Positions 49,136-58,357 of a stretch of DNA of 64,000 bases are shown here, in pieces (within the stretch, counting starts at the first letter, position 1; each line of letters starts with the position of its first letter). Location: positions 214,423 to 278,422 of the forward strand of contig CAWDBO010000021.1 in NCBI GenBank assembly GCA_963800615.1, written 5' to 3'. A program made the translations under genes and the position numbers. The notes under the pieces were generated by a model. That model made no database searches, was not told where the DNA came from, and was given only the letters and a program-made list of their open reading frames with translations. The DNA is from an uncultured Chloroflexia bacterium. GTDB lineage: Bacteria > Chloroflexota > Anaerolineae > CG2-30-64-16.

Positions 49136-51910
49136 TTACTTGGCGAAGTTAGCGACGTTGTCCTTGGAGACGACTTCGACGCCGGTGTTGACGAACTTGT
49201 CGACCGTTTGCCCGCGAGCGACCTTGGCCGCCGTCAGGGTGCCGAGCTCGCCGATCTTGGTCGGGAACTGGGCGACGGAGCCGGCCAGGCCACCGGCCTG
49301 GATCGAGGCCAGGGCATCGGGGGTCGCGTCGAAGCCGACGATGACAAGTTGCTTGCCGGCCGCCTTGGCTGCGTTGAGGGCGCCGAGGGCCATCTCGTCA
49401 TTGGTGGCGAAGATGCCCTTGAGGTTGGGGTTGGCCGTGAGCAGGTTCTCGGCCACGGTCTGGCCCTTGGCGCGGTCGGAATCCGCGGGCTGGACTGCGA
49501 CGACCTTGAGGCCGGCCTTCTCCAGGGCGGTCTTGGCGCCGTTCTCGCGCAGGTTGTGGACCGGATCGCCGGCTGCGCCGCGGATGATGGCGACCTCGTC
49601 GCCGGCCTTGAGGGCCTTGGCGATGAACTCGCCGCCGAGTTGGCCGCCGAGTTGGTTATCGGTGCCGACGAAGGCGGCCTTGTTGGCGAAGTTGGCGATG
49701 TCGGTGTCGATCAGGACGACCGGGATGCCGGCGGCGACAGCCTTCTCGAGGGTCGGCTGGACCTGGTCGGCCTGCGAAGGTGCGACCGCGATGGCATCGA
49801 CTTTGGAGGAGATCGCCGACTCGATGATGCGGATCTGGCCTTCGATGTCGGTTTCTTCGTTCGGGCCGAGGAAGGAGGCCTTGATCGTCGGGTCGGACTT
49901 CATGGCCGCGTCGACGCCCGCGCCGACGGTCTTCCAGTAGGTGCTGGTCACGGCCTTGACGATGACCGCGATGTTTACCGGCTTGTTTTCGCCACCCGCT
50001 GCAGGCGCCGCGAAGTTAGCGACGTTGTCCTTGGAGACGACTTCGACGCCGGTGTTGACGAACTTGTCGACCGTTTGCCCGCGAGCGACCTTGGCCGCCG
50101 TCAGGGTGCCGAGCTCGCCGATCTTGGTCGGGAACTGGGCGACGGAGCCGGCCAGGCCCCCGGCCTGGATCGAGGCCAGGGCATCGGGGGTCGCGTCGAA
50201 GCCGACGATGACAAGTTGCTTGCCGGCCGCCTTGGCTGCGTTGAGGGCGCCGAGGGCCATCTCGTCATTGGTGGCGAAGATGCCCTTGAGGTTGGGGTTG
50301 GCCGTGAGCAGGTTCTCGGCCACGGTCTGGCCCTTGGCGCGGTCGGAATCCGCGGGCTGGACTGCGACGACCTTGAGGCCGGCCTTCTCCAGGGCGGTCT
50401 TGGCGCCGTTCTCGCGCAGGTTGTGGACCGGATCGCCGGCTGCGCCGCGGATGATGGCGACCTCGTCGCCGGCCTTGAGGGCCTTGGCGATGAACTCGCC
50501 GCCGAGCTGGCCGCCGAGTTGGTTATCGGTGCCGACGAAGGCGGCCTTGTTGGCGAAGTTGGCGATGTCGGTGTCGATCAGGACGACCGGGATGCCGGCG
50601 GCGACAGCCTTCTCGAGGGTCGGCTGGACCTGGTCGGCCTGCGAAGGTGCGACCGCGATGGCATCGACTTTGGAGGAGATCGCCGACTCGATGATGCGGA
50701 TCTGGCCTTCGATATCGGTTTCTTCGTTCGGGCCGAGGAAGGAGGCCTTGATCGTCGGGTCGGACTTCATGGCCGCGTCGACGCCCGCGCCGACGGTCTT
50801 CCAGTAGGTGCTGGTCACGGCCTTGACGATGACCGCGATGTTTACCGGCTTGTTTTCGCCACCCGCTGCAGGCGCCGCGAAGTTAGCGACGTTGTCCTTG
50901 GAGACGACTTCGACGCCGGTGTTGACGAACTTGTCGACCGTTTGCCCGCGAGCGACCTTGGCCGCCGTCAGGGTGCCGAGCTCGCCGATCTTGGTCGGGA
51001 ACTGGGCGACGGAGCCGGCCAGGCCACCGGCCTGGATCGAGGCCAGGGCATCCGGGGTCGCGTCGAAGCCGACGATGACGAGTTGCTTGCCGGCCGCCTT
51101 GGCTGCGTTGAGGGCGCCGAGGGCCATCTCGTCATTGGTGGCGAAGATGCCCTTGAGGTTGGGGTTGGCGGTGAGCAGGTTCTCGGCCACGGTCTGGCCC
51201 TTGGCGCGGTCGGAATCCGCGGGCTGGACTGCGACGACCTTGAGGCCGGCCTTCTCCAGGGCGGTCTTGGCGCCATTCTCGCGCAGGTTGTGGACCGGAT
51301 CGCCGGCTGCGCCGCGGATGATGGCGACCTCGTCGCCGGCCTTGAGGGCCTTGGCGATGAACTCGCCGCCGAGCTGGCCGCCGAGTTGGTTATCGGTGCC
51401 GACGAAGGCGGCCTTGTTGGCGAAGTTGGCGATGTCGGTGTCGATCAGGACGACCGGGATGCCGGCGGCGACAGCCTTCTCGAGGGTCGGCTGGACCTGG
51501 TCGGCCTGCGAAGGTGCGACCGCGATGGCATCGACTTTGGAGGAGATCGCCGACTCGATGATGCGGATCTGGCCTTCGATGTCGGTTTCTTCGTTCGGGC
51601 CGAGGAAGGAGGCCTTGATCGTCGGGTCGGACTTCATGGCCGCGTCGACGCCCGCGCCGACGGTCTTCCAGTAGGTGCTGGTCACGGCCTTGACGATGAC
51701 CGCGATGTTTACCGGCTTGTTTTCGCCACCCGCTGCAGGCGCCGCGGTCGGTTGTTCGGCTGCCGGCGCTGTGGTCGGCTGGGCTGCCACAGTCGGGGCC
51801 GGGGCCGAAGTCGGTGCTGTGCCCTGGCTCGGTGCGGCCGGCGTGCAGCCCGCCAGAGCGATCAGGACGACAAGGCTGAGTGCCACAAGGATCTTGAGCT
51901 GGGACGACAT
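49136..51910 (-). CDS. Lipoprotein with three tandem, identical RbsB-type (type I periplasmic binding protein) sugar-binding domains, intact 924 codons
   Basis: Lipobox LIALAGC and a P/T/A linker, followed by a 289-aa unit repeated three times: APAAGGENKPVNIAVIVKAV...VVLIDTD...FATNDEMALGA...VGFDATP...VSKDNVANFA. Confidence 0.85.
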   Translation of the reverse strand: MSSQLKILVALSLVVLIALAGCTPAAPSQGTAPTSAPAPTVAAQPTTAPAAEQPTAAPAAGGENKPVNIAVIVKAVTSTYWKTVGAGVDAAMKSDPTIKASFLGPNEETDIEGQIRIIESAISSKVDAIAVAPSQADQVQPTLEKAVAAGIPVVLIDTDIANFANKAAFVGTDNQLGGQLGGEFIAKALKAGDEVAIIRGAAGDPVHNLRENGAKTALEKAGLKVVAVQPADSDRAKGQTVAENLLTANPNLKGIFATNDEMALGALNAAKAAGKQLVIVGFDATPDALASIQAGGLAGSVAQFPTKIGELGTLTAAKVARGQTVDKFVNTGVEVVSKDNVANFAAPAAGGENKPVNIAVIVKAVTSTYWKTVGAGVDAAMKSDPTIKASFLGPNEETDIEGQIRIIESAISSKVDAIAVAPSQADQVQPTLEKAVAAGIPVVLIDTDIANFANKAAFVGTDNQLGGQLGGEFIAKALKAGDEVAIIRGAAGDPVHNLRENGAKTALEKAGLKVVAVQPADSDRAKGQTVAENLLTANPNLKGIFATNDEMALGALNAAKAAGKQLVIVGFDATPDALASIQAGGLAGSVAQFPTKIGELGTLTAAKVARGQTVDKFVNTGVEVVSKDNVANFAAPAAGGENKPVNIAVIVKAVTSTYWKTVGAGVDAAMKSDPTIKASFLGPNEETDIEGQIRIIESAISSKVDAIAVAPSQADQVQPTLEKAVAAGIPVVLIDTDIANFANKAAFVGTDNQLGGQLGGEFIAKALKAGDEVAIIRGAAGDPVHNLRENGAKTALEKAGLKVVAVQPADSDRAKGQTVAENLLTANPNLKGIFATNDEMALGALNAAKAAGKQLVIVGFDATPDALASIQAGGLAGSVAQFPTKIGELGTLTAAKVARGQTVDKFVNTGVEVVSKDNVANFAK
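49144..51744. repeat. Tandem repeat, 3 copies x 867 bp, >99% identical
   Basis: CGAAGTTAGC recurs at 49144, 50011 and 50878. I found 7 variable columns by eye, at copy-1 coordinates 49292, 49319, 49346, 49436, 49541, 49640 and 49847. Confidence 0.95.
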
Positions 51911-52077
51911 GTTATTCTCCCCCTATACGATCTGAGATGATCTGCGGATGTCTGTTCGTCAATAGGACGCAATCGTCGCCGTGGTCCGGATCTTCACCTC
52001 CTTTCGTACGTGGCGACGCCCGGAGGTAGCTTTTCGGCCGAGTGCTCCCGGCCGTGCAACAGGACGCATGTGGGCGA

Positions 52078-53081
52078 TTATCGCCGCGCCCGCTGGCGCA
52101 GCACGTCGACGTACACCGCTCCGATGATCACAAGGCCAATCGCCACGATCTGCCACTCTGTCGGTACCTTTAGAAGCACCAGGCCATTGCGCAGCACGGC
52201 GATCAACGCCACACCGACGGCCGTTCCCCATACTGTGCCCGAGCCGCCCGCGAAGCTCGCACCGCCGATGATCACCGCCGCGATCGCATCGAGTTCGTAA
52301 CCCGTTCCCGCCGTCGGATAGCCCGAGTTCGTCCGGCCGGCCAGCGTGAGCGCCGCGAGCCCTGCCATCAAGCCCGCTGGTGCTATACACGATGAGCAGG
52401 GTGCGGTCCACGTTGATGCCCGAGAGGCGGGCCGCCGATTGGTTGCCGCCGACCGCATAGATGTGCCGGCCTAACGCAGTGTCGGAAAGCAGCAGGTGGA
52501 AGACGATGTAGACGAGGATCACGGCGATCAAGGCCACGGGGACGACGCCGATAGCGTCCGGCTCCCAGCACCAACACCTGCGGTGCGCCCGCCCGATCAA
52601 AGCCCGAGATGGGCGCAGCGCCGGTAATGATGAGCGCCAGGCCGCGCGCGACGTTCATGGTGCCCAGGGTGGAGATGAAGGGATGAGGTAGGTGCAGCCG
52701 GGTCAGCAGCAGACCGTTGACCATCCCCAAGCCCAGCCCGACCGCCAGGCACGCAAGCACTGCGAGAAATGGGTTGACGTGCATCTTGATGATCAGCATC
52801 GCCAGTACGCTCATCGACAGCGCCAGAATCGAGCCAACCGAGAGGTCGATGCCGGCGGTGACGATGCACAGAAGCATGCCGACGGCTAATAGCGCGTTGA
52901 CTGTCGCCTGCCGGGCAATGTTCGCAATGTTGTCCGGCGTCAGGAAGACGGGCGACAGGATCGAGAGCACGATCACCAGGATAGCGAGGCCGAACAGCGC
53001 GCCGAACCTCGCGACGAATGAGCCCGCCGTCATGCCGAACGTCCGGGCTTCCTTTTTCTCTGTGGCGGGCATGCTAGTCAT
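52078..53081 (-). CDS. Ribose-type sugar ABC transporter permease (RbsC-like); 2 frame breaks (~52590, ~52440)
   Basis: FLTPDNIANIARQATVNALLAVGMLLCIVTAGIDLSVGS, RHIYAVGGNQSAARLSGINV and ELDAIAAVIIGGASFAGGSGTVWGT come from ORFs 52383.., 51959.. and 52078... Confidence 0.8.
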
Positions 53082-54639
53082 CTTGATGTGCTCCCATCGC
53101 GGCTGCCAGGACATTCTCTTCGGTCGCATCCTGGCGACTGATCTCGGCTGCGATTCTGCCCTCGTGCATCACCAGGATCCGGTCGCTCATGCCAAGGAGT
53201 TCAGGCATTTCGGAGGACACCATGATCACTGCGACCCCACTATGCACAAGGGTGTTCATGAGGTTGTACACTTCCACCTTCGCGCCGACGTCGATGCCGC
53301 GCGTCGGCTCGTCGAAGATCAGGATCTTCGATTGGCTCGCCAACCATTTGGCAAGCACCACTTTCTGCTGGTTCCCGCCGCTCAGGTACTGCACCTGCTG
53401 GTTCACGCTCGGGGTTGCAATGCGCAGCTTGTCCACGAACTCGCCGGCCTGCCGCCGCTCATCACCCCTGCGCAACAGCAGGTTGGTAGTGAGCTTGTCC
53501 AGGCTGGCCATGCTCATGTTGTGAAGCACCGAAAGCATGAGGACCAGCCCTTGCTGCTTGCGGTCCTCCGGCAGAAGCCCGAGGCCCGCGTGGATCGCCT
53601 GTTGGGGCGACTTCACGTCGATCTTCTTTCCAAAGACGTAAATGTTGCCCGCGTCGATACGATCCGCGCCGAAGACGGCTCTCATGAGCTCAGTGCGACC
53701 AGCGCCGACGAGGCCGGCAATGCCGAGGATCTCGCCTGTGTACGCGCTGAAGCTGATGTCATGCAACAGTCCTTCTCGTTTCAGACCTTCCACGCGCAGC
53801 GCCTCTTCGCCCCGAATGGTTTCCACCTTCGGATACTGCTGCTCCAGGTTCCGCCCGACCATCATGCGGATCAGGTCTTCCTTGGTCACGTTCGCCAGAT
53901 CCACTGTGTCGATGTATTCGCCGTCGCGGAGGACGGTGCCCCGGTCGCAGATCTCGAGAACCTCCTCGAGGTGGTGCGAGATGAACACGACCGAGACGCC
54001 CTTTTCTTTCAGGCGCCGGATCACGGTAAACAATTGGTTGATTTCGGTGTCGGTTAGCGCGCTCGTCGGCTCATCCATGATCAATAACTTTGCGTCGAGC
54101 GACAGGGCCTTAGCAATCTCGACCATCTGCTGTTGGGCCACGCCCAGGCCCGCCACCGGCCGCCGTGGATCGAGCGGCAGGTGTACCTCGTCGAGAAGAG
54201 CCTTGGTCTTGCGGCGCATTTCCTTCCAGTCGATCAACTGGAGCGAGCGATTGCGGTAGGGCTCGCGGCTGATCCAGACGTTCTCGGCAATGCTCAGCTG
54301 CGGAACCAGGTTGAATTCCTGGTAGATGATGCCGATACCGATCTTCTGCGCCTCGCGAGGGTTGGGGATGGTGATGGGCTTGCCTTCCCAGATGATCTCG
54401 CCGGAGTCGCGGCCGTAGGCGCCCGACAGGATCTTCATCAGGGTCGACTTGCCCGCGCCGTTCTCGCCAAGCAGCGCGTGCACTTCGCCCCTGCGCACCT
54501 CCATGTGCACGTTGTGCAGCGCTCGGACGCCGGGGAAGCTCTTCGAGATGCCCTCCAGCCGGAGCAAGGCGTCGCCGCCGTTTTGCTCACCGGAATGCGC
54601 TACTTCTGTCAACACCGCATCCCCTCCTTTCATGCCCAT
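53074..54639 (-). CDS. Sugar ABC transporter ATP-binding protein (RbsA-like, two ABC domains), intact
   Basis: GENGAGKST, QQQMVEIAKAL and LIMDEPTSAL in the first domain; GLVGAGRTE, LSGGNQQKVVLAKWL and IFDEPTRGID in the second. Confidence 0.9.
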   Translation of the reverse strand: MGMKGGDAVLTEVAHSGEQNGGDALLRLEGISKSFPGVRALHNVHMEVRRGEVHALLGENGAGKSTLMKILSGAYGRDSGEIIWEGKPITIPNPREAQKIGIGIIYQEFNLVPQLSIAENVWISREPYRNRSLQLIDWKEMRRKTKALLDEVHLPLDPRRPVAGLGVAQQQMVEIAKALSLDAKLLIMDEPTSALTDTEINQLFTVIRRLKEKGVSVVFISHHLEEVLEICDRGTVLRDGEYIDTVDLANVTKEDLIRMMVGRNLEQQYPKVETIRGEEALRVEGLKREGLLHDISFSAYTGEILGIAGLVGAGRTELMRAVFGADRIDAGNIYVFGKKIDVKSPQQAIHAGLGLLPEDRKQQGLVLMLSVLHNMSMASLDKLTTNLLLRRGDERRQAGEFVDKLRIATPSVNQQVQYLSGGNQQKVVLAKWLASQSKILIFDEPTRGIDVGAKVEVYNLMNTLVHSGVAVIMVSSEMPELLGMSDRILVMHEGRIAAEISRQDATEENVLAAAMGAHQDD

Positions 54640-54657
54640 GAGCCGCGTTGCCCGTGC

Positions 54658-55674
54658 TCAGCCGATCTCGCTCAGCTTGACCGGCCGGCCTTCCTTGTGC
54701 GACTTGATGGCGGCCAGCCCCATGACGACGGGCACCCGGGCATCGTACCCGGTGACCGGCGCCGGCTTGTCGTTCAGCACCGCGTCGACGAACGCTGCGA
54801 CCTCGGTCGCAAAGCTCTCCGTGTAGCGGTCCATGAAGAAGTTCAGCGGCAGGTCGCGGCGGACGCTCGCGCCGTCGCTGAGCGTGGCGGCATTCGGGTA
54901 GTTGTTCGACGTTGCGATCGCGCCCTTGCTGCCCAGCACCTCGACCCGCTGGTCGTAGCCGTAGGTCGCGCGGCGGCAGTTGTCGATGGTCCCGATGACG
55001 CCGTTGGCGAAGCGCAGCATCACGACCGCGGTGTCCACGTCGCCGGCCTCGCCGATCGCCGGGTCGACCGTGATGCCCGCCTGCGTGTAGATCTCCTCCA
55101 CGTCCGCGCCGATCAGGAAGCGGGCCATGTCGAAGTCGTGAATCGTCATGTCCAGGAACATGCCGCCCGACACCTTCACGTAGGCGATGGGCGGAGGTCC
55201 CGGGTCGCGGCTGATGATGTGGAGCAGGGCGGGGGTGCCAACCTCGCCGGTAACGATGGCCTGGCGGACGCGGGCAAAGTTCGCGTCGAACCGGCGGTTG
55301 AAGCCGACCTGCAGCTTGACGCCCGCAGCCTTGACCGCCTCGAGCGTGCTGTCGATCTCGGCGAGGTTCAGCGCGATCGGCTTCTCGCAGAAGATATGCT
55401 TGCCCGCCTGTGCCGCGGCCGTGGTCAGTTTCGCATGCGTGTCGGTCGCAGAGCAAATGAAGACCGCGTCCACGTCCTTGCTCTCGATCACGGCCATTGC
55501 ATCGTCTGAGACGGCCGGGATGTTGAACTGAGCGGCCGCTTGCTGTGCCGCGGCCAGGTTGACGTCTGCCACTGCCGTGAGCTTCGCACACGGCACGCGA
55601 TATGCAAGAGTTGCCGCGTGCACCTTGCCGATGCGTCCGGCCCCGATGAGGCCGACGTTCAGGGTGTCTGCCAT
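54658..55674 (-). CDS. iolG: myo-Inositol 2-dehydrogenase (Gfo/Idh/MocA family), intact
   Basis: VGLIGAGRIGKVHA, FCEKPIAL, VGFNRRFD and MTIHDFDMARF, in an iol gene neighbourhood. Confidence 0.75.
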   Translation of the reverse strand: MADTLNVGLIGAGRIGKVHAATLAYRVPCAKLTAVADVNLAAAQQAAAQFNIPAVSDDAMAVIESKDVDAVFICSATDTHAKLTTAAAQAGKHIFCEKPIALNLAEIDSTLEAVKAAGVKLQVGFNRRFDANFARVRQAIVTGEVGTPALLHIISRDPGPPPIAYVKVSGGMFLDMTIHDFDMARFLIGADVEEIYTQAGITVDPAIGEAGDVDTAVVMLRFANGVIGTIDNCRRATYGYDQRVEVLGSKGAIATSNNYPNAATLSDGASVRRDLPLNFFMDRYTESFATEVAAFVDAVLNDKPAPVTGYDARVPVVMGLAAIKSHKEGRPVKLSEIG

Positions 55675-55758
55675 AACAATGCTCCTCCGTGTTGTGTACG
55701 GGCGACCGGCCGGTCGCCCGTACGGTGGCCGGGATGTGCCTGTCGCCCCGTACCCCGA

Positions 55759-56686
55759 TTACAAACCGATCGACCGCAGATACTCGCGGTTCCGCCGCGC
55801 GCTTTCCTTGGGCTTGCCCATGCCGGGCAGGATGTCCTGCTCGACGATGCCCCATTGGATGTCGGGCCGGGTGTCGAGCCAGCGGGCGACCGCGGGGAAG
55901 TCGACCCCGCCCTGGCCCAGCTCGCAGAACACGCCGTGCCCCAGCGACTGGAAATAGTCCCACCCCTCGGCGCGCGACTGCGCGGCGACGCCGGGATGGC
56001 AGTCCTTGAAGTGGATGTACCAGATGCGATCGGCGAAGCGCTCGAGGCCCTCGGCCACCGCGGCGCAGTCACCTGCCGCAAACGCGTAGTGTCCGGTGTC
56101 GAAGACCAGGCCCAGGATGTTCGCGTCCGTCATACTGAGCAAACGGGCGATTTCGTCGGGCGTTTCGACATAACCCGCGCAGTGATGGTGGAACACCGTG
56201 CGCAGGCCCGTTTCTTCGAAGACCGAGCACGCCACCTTTTCCGCCCCAGCGGCGAACACCTTCCACTCCTCGTCGCTCAGCCCCATCTCAGGCGTGACCC
56301 GGCCCGCGTTCTGCGTGCGGACGGGGACGCGTGCCGTTGTTGTCCGCAAGGACGAGGAAGGGCAGATAGCCAGTCGTCCGGTCGGCTGCTGCGCGCAGCA
56401 GACGCGCCACCTTCAGCGCGGCCTCGACGCCGGGCGCATGCGCGTCCGGGTCCTTCAGCGCCACGGGCACGAACGCGCCGAGCATCGTCAGGTTCCGGCT
56501 GTTAAGCTCCGCGGCGAGCTTGTCCGGGTCGGTCGGCATGAACCCCCAGTCGCCCAGTTCCGTGCCGATGTAGCCGGTCTCCACGAGCTCGTTCAGTACC
56601 TGGGTGCAGCCCGCGACTTCGCCTTCCAGCTCAAACTCCAGCTGCCCCCATGAACACGGGGCGTTGCCGATCTTGATGTTTGCCAT
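55759..56686 (-). CDS. iolE: Inosose dehydratase-like TIM-barrel protein; one frame break ~56330
   Basis: GGAGGAATC precedes ATG 56686. [14 protein letters not shown] is at the tail of ORF 56288..58186; [25 protein letters not shown] and HFKDC are in ORF 55759..56349. Confidence 0.6.
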
Positions 56687-56704
56687 GATTCCTCCTTTGC
56701 TTCC

Positions 56705-56824
56705 GGGAGAAACCAGGTTTCTGGGAGAAACCTGGTTTCTTTGATCCCCTACCGGTTCGGCATTGGAGAAACCAGGTTTCTCGCAGAAACCTGGTTTCTT
56801 CGTTCCACTTACCGGTTCGGCATC
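56705..56824. repeat. Two tandem ~60-nt units, each a palindrome pair (GAGAAACCAGGTTTCT..AGAAACCTGGTTTCT) plus ACCGGTTCGGCAT
   Basis: ACCGGTTCGGCAT occurs at 56751-56763 and at 56811-56823. The second copy encodes the last codons (MPNR-stop) of the aldehyde dehydrogenase. Confidence 0.9.
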
Positions 56825-58335
56825 GAAATCATGCCGTCCCACGAGTTCAGCACCCGCCCCTCGCGCGCCTCCTCTTCCGAGAACCAGTGCGCGGTCACGC
56901 TCTTCTGTTCCGTAAAGAAGCGCACGCCGTCCGTGCCCATCGCGTGCAGGTCGCTGAAGAAGGAGTTCTTGTGGCCCGTGAAGCCGAACACGCCCAGCGG
57001 AACGGGGATGCCCACGTTCACGCCCACCATGCCGCCGTCGGTTCGCTTCGCAAACTCGCGGGCGTAGTAGCCGCTCTGCGTGTAGATCACCGAGCCGTTC
57101 GCGAACTCGTTGGCATTCATGAGCTCGACGCCTTCGTCGAAGTCCTTCACCCGCTTGATGCACAGCACCGGGCCGAAGATCTCCCGGTCGCCGATCGTCA
57201 TCCCGGACTTGACGTGATCGAACAGCGTCGGCCCCAGGTAGAAGCCGTCCTCGTAACCGGGCACGCTCGTGCCGCGGCCGTCGAGCACCAGCTCCGCGCC
57301 TTCCTCGACGCCCTTCTCGATCCACTTGATCACCGACTCGCGGTGCTCCGCGTTGACCATCGGGCCGAGTTGGCTGCCTTTGTCGTACGCCGGCCCGAGC
57401 TTCAGGTCCTGCATGAGGCGCTTCAGCACCGCGACCAGGTCGTCCGCGATCGCCTCTTCGGCCACCACGACCGGCAGCGCCATGCAGCGCTCGCCCGCGC
57501 AGCCGCACGCGGAGTTGATGATGCCGCGGGCGCTGCGCTCCAGCGCCGCGTCCTTCAGCACGAGCGCGTGGTTCTTCGCCTCGGTCAGCGCCTGGACGCG
57601 CTTGCCGTTCGATGCGGCGGTCGCGTAGATGTGCTTGCCGACGCTCGTCGAGCCGACAAAGGAAATGCCCTTCACGTGCGGATGGCGCAGCAGGATTTCG
57701 GCCTCGTTGCGCGAGCAGGTCACCAGGTTCAGCACGCCGGCCGGCAGCCCGGCCTCGACCCACAGGTCGCAGATGCGCATGGAGGTGTGCGGCGTGAAGC
57801 TGGCCGCCTTGATCACCATGGTGTTGCCCGTGGCGATGCACAGCGGGGCCATCCAGCCCATCGGGATCATCGCGGGGAAGTTCCACGGCGCGATGCCGGC
57901 GAACACGCCGACCGGCTCCATGTACTGCGTCGTGTCGTACCCGGTGGTGCAGTTCATGAGCGCGGGGCCCTTCATCAGGTGAGGGATGCCGCACGCGAAC
58001 TCCACGACCTCGGTGACCTTCAGCACGTCGCCCATGGCCTCGTCCCAGACCTTGCCGTGCTCCTGGGCCACCAAGTAGGTCAGCTCTTCCAGGTGCTTGT
58101 CGAGCAGCGCCTTCATTCTGAAGAGGACCTGCACCCGCTTTGACGCCGGCGTGTCGGCCCACGGCCGGAAGGCCGCCTGCGCGCACTCGATCGCTTCCTC
58201 CACCTCAGCGGCGGTGCACTGGGGCGCCTGTGCGATGACCTCGCCGGTCGACGGGTCATAGCAGTCCATGTACCGGGTGGTCTTCGATTCGCGCCATTCG
58301 TTGCCCACGAAATAGCCGAGTTTCTGCGTTGTCAT
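56809..58335 (-). CDS. mmsA: CoA-acylating methylmalonate/malonate-semialdehyde dehydrogenase, intact
   Basis: GGGAG-type SD before ATG 58335. APWNFPAMIPMGW, FVGSTSVGKHIY, EAKNHALV, CGCAGERCMA and GVNVGIPVP. No glutamate follows the catalytic-Cys region, as is typical for MmsA/IolA. Confidence 0.85.
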   Translation of the reverse strand: MTTQKLGYFVGNEWRESKTTRYMDCYDPSTGEVIAQAPQCTAAEVEEAIECAQAAFRPWADTPASKRVQVLFRMKALLDKHLEELTYLVAQEHGKVWDEAMGDVLKVTEVVEFACGIPHLMKGPALMNCTTGYDTTQYMEPVGVFAGIAPWNFPAMIPMGWMAPLCIATGNTMVIKAASFTPHTSMRICDLWVEAGLPAGVLNLVTCSRNEAEILLRHPHVKGISFVGSTSVGKHIYATAASNGKRVQALTEAKNHALVLKDAALERSARGIINSACGCAGERCMALPVVVAEEAIADDLVAVLKRLMQDLKLGPAYDKGSQLGPMVNAEHRESVIKWIEKGVEEGAELVLDGRGTSVPGYEDGFYLGPTLFDHVKSGMTIGDREIFGPVLCIKRVKDFDEGVELMNANEFANGSVIYTQSGYYAREFAKRTDGGMVGVNVGIPVPLGVFGFTGHKNSFFSDLHAMGTDGVRFFTEQKSVTAHWFSEEEAREGRVLNSWDGMISMPNR

Positions 58336-58357
58336 CCTTAACTCCCTTTGGTAAATG

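Noticed and set aside
49144-51744. Regular repeats as a possible CRISPR array or non-coding satellite
   Set aside because: - The period is 867 bp with no spacer/repeat alternation.
- The whole unit encodes a complete binding-protein domain in one open frame.
- No cas genes are present in the window.
51911-52077. Internal promoter or terminator in the 167-nt gap between the permease and the triple binding-protein gene
   Set aside because: There is only a weak 5-bp stem (GGCCG...CGGCC), and a TTGACG with no acceptable -10 at 16-19 nt. That is not enough to call from sequence alone.
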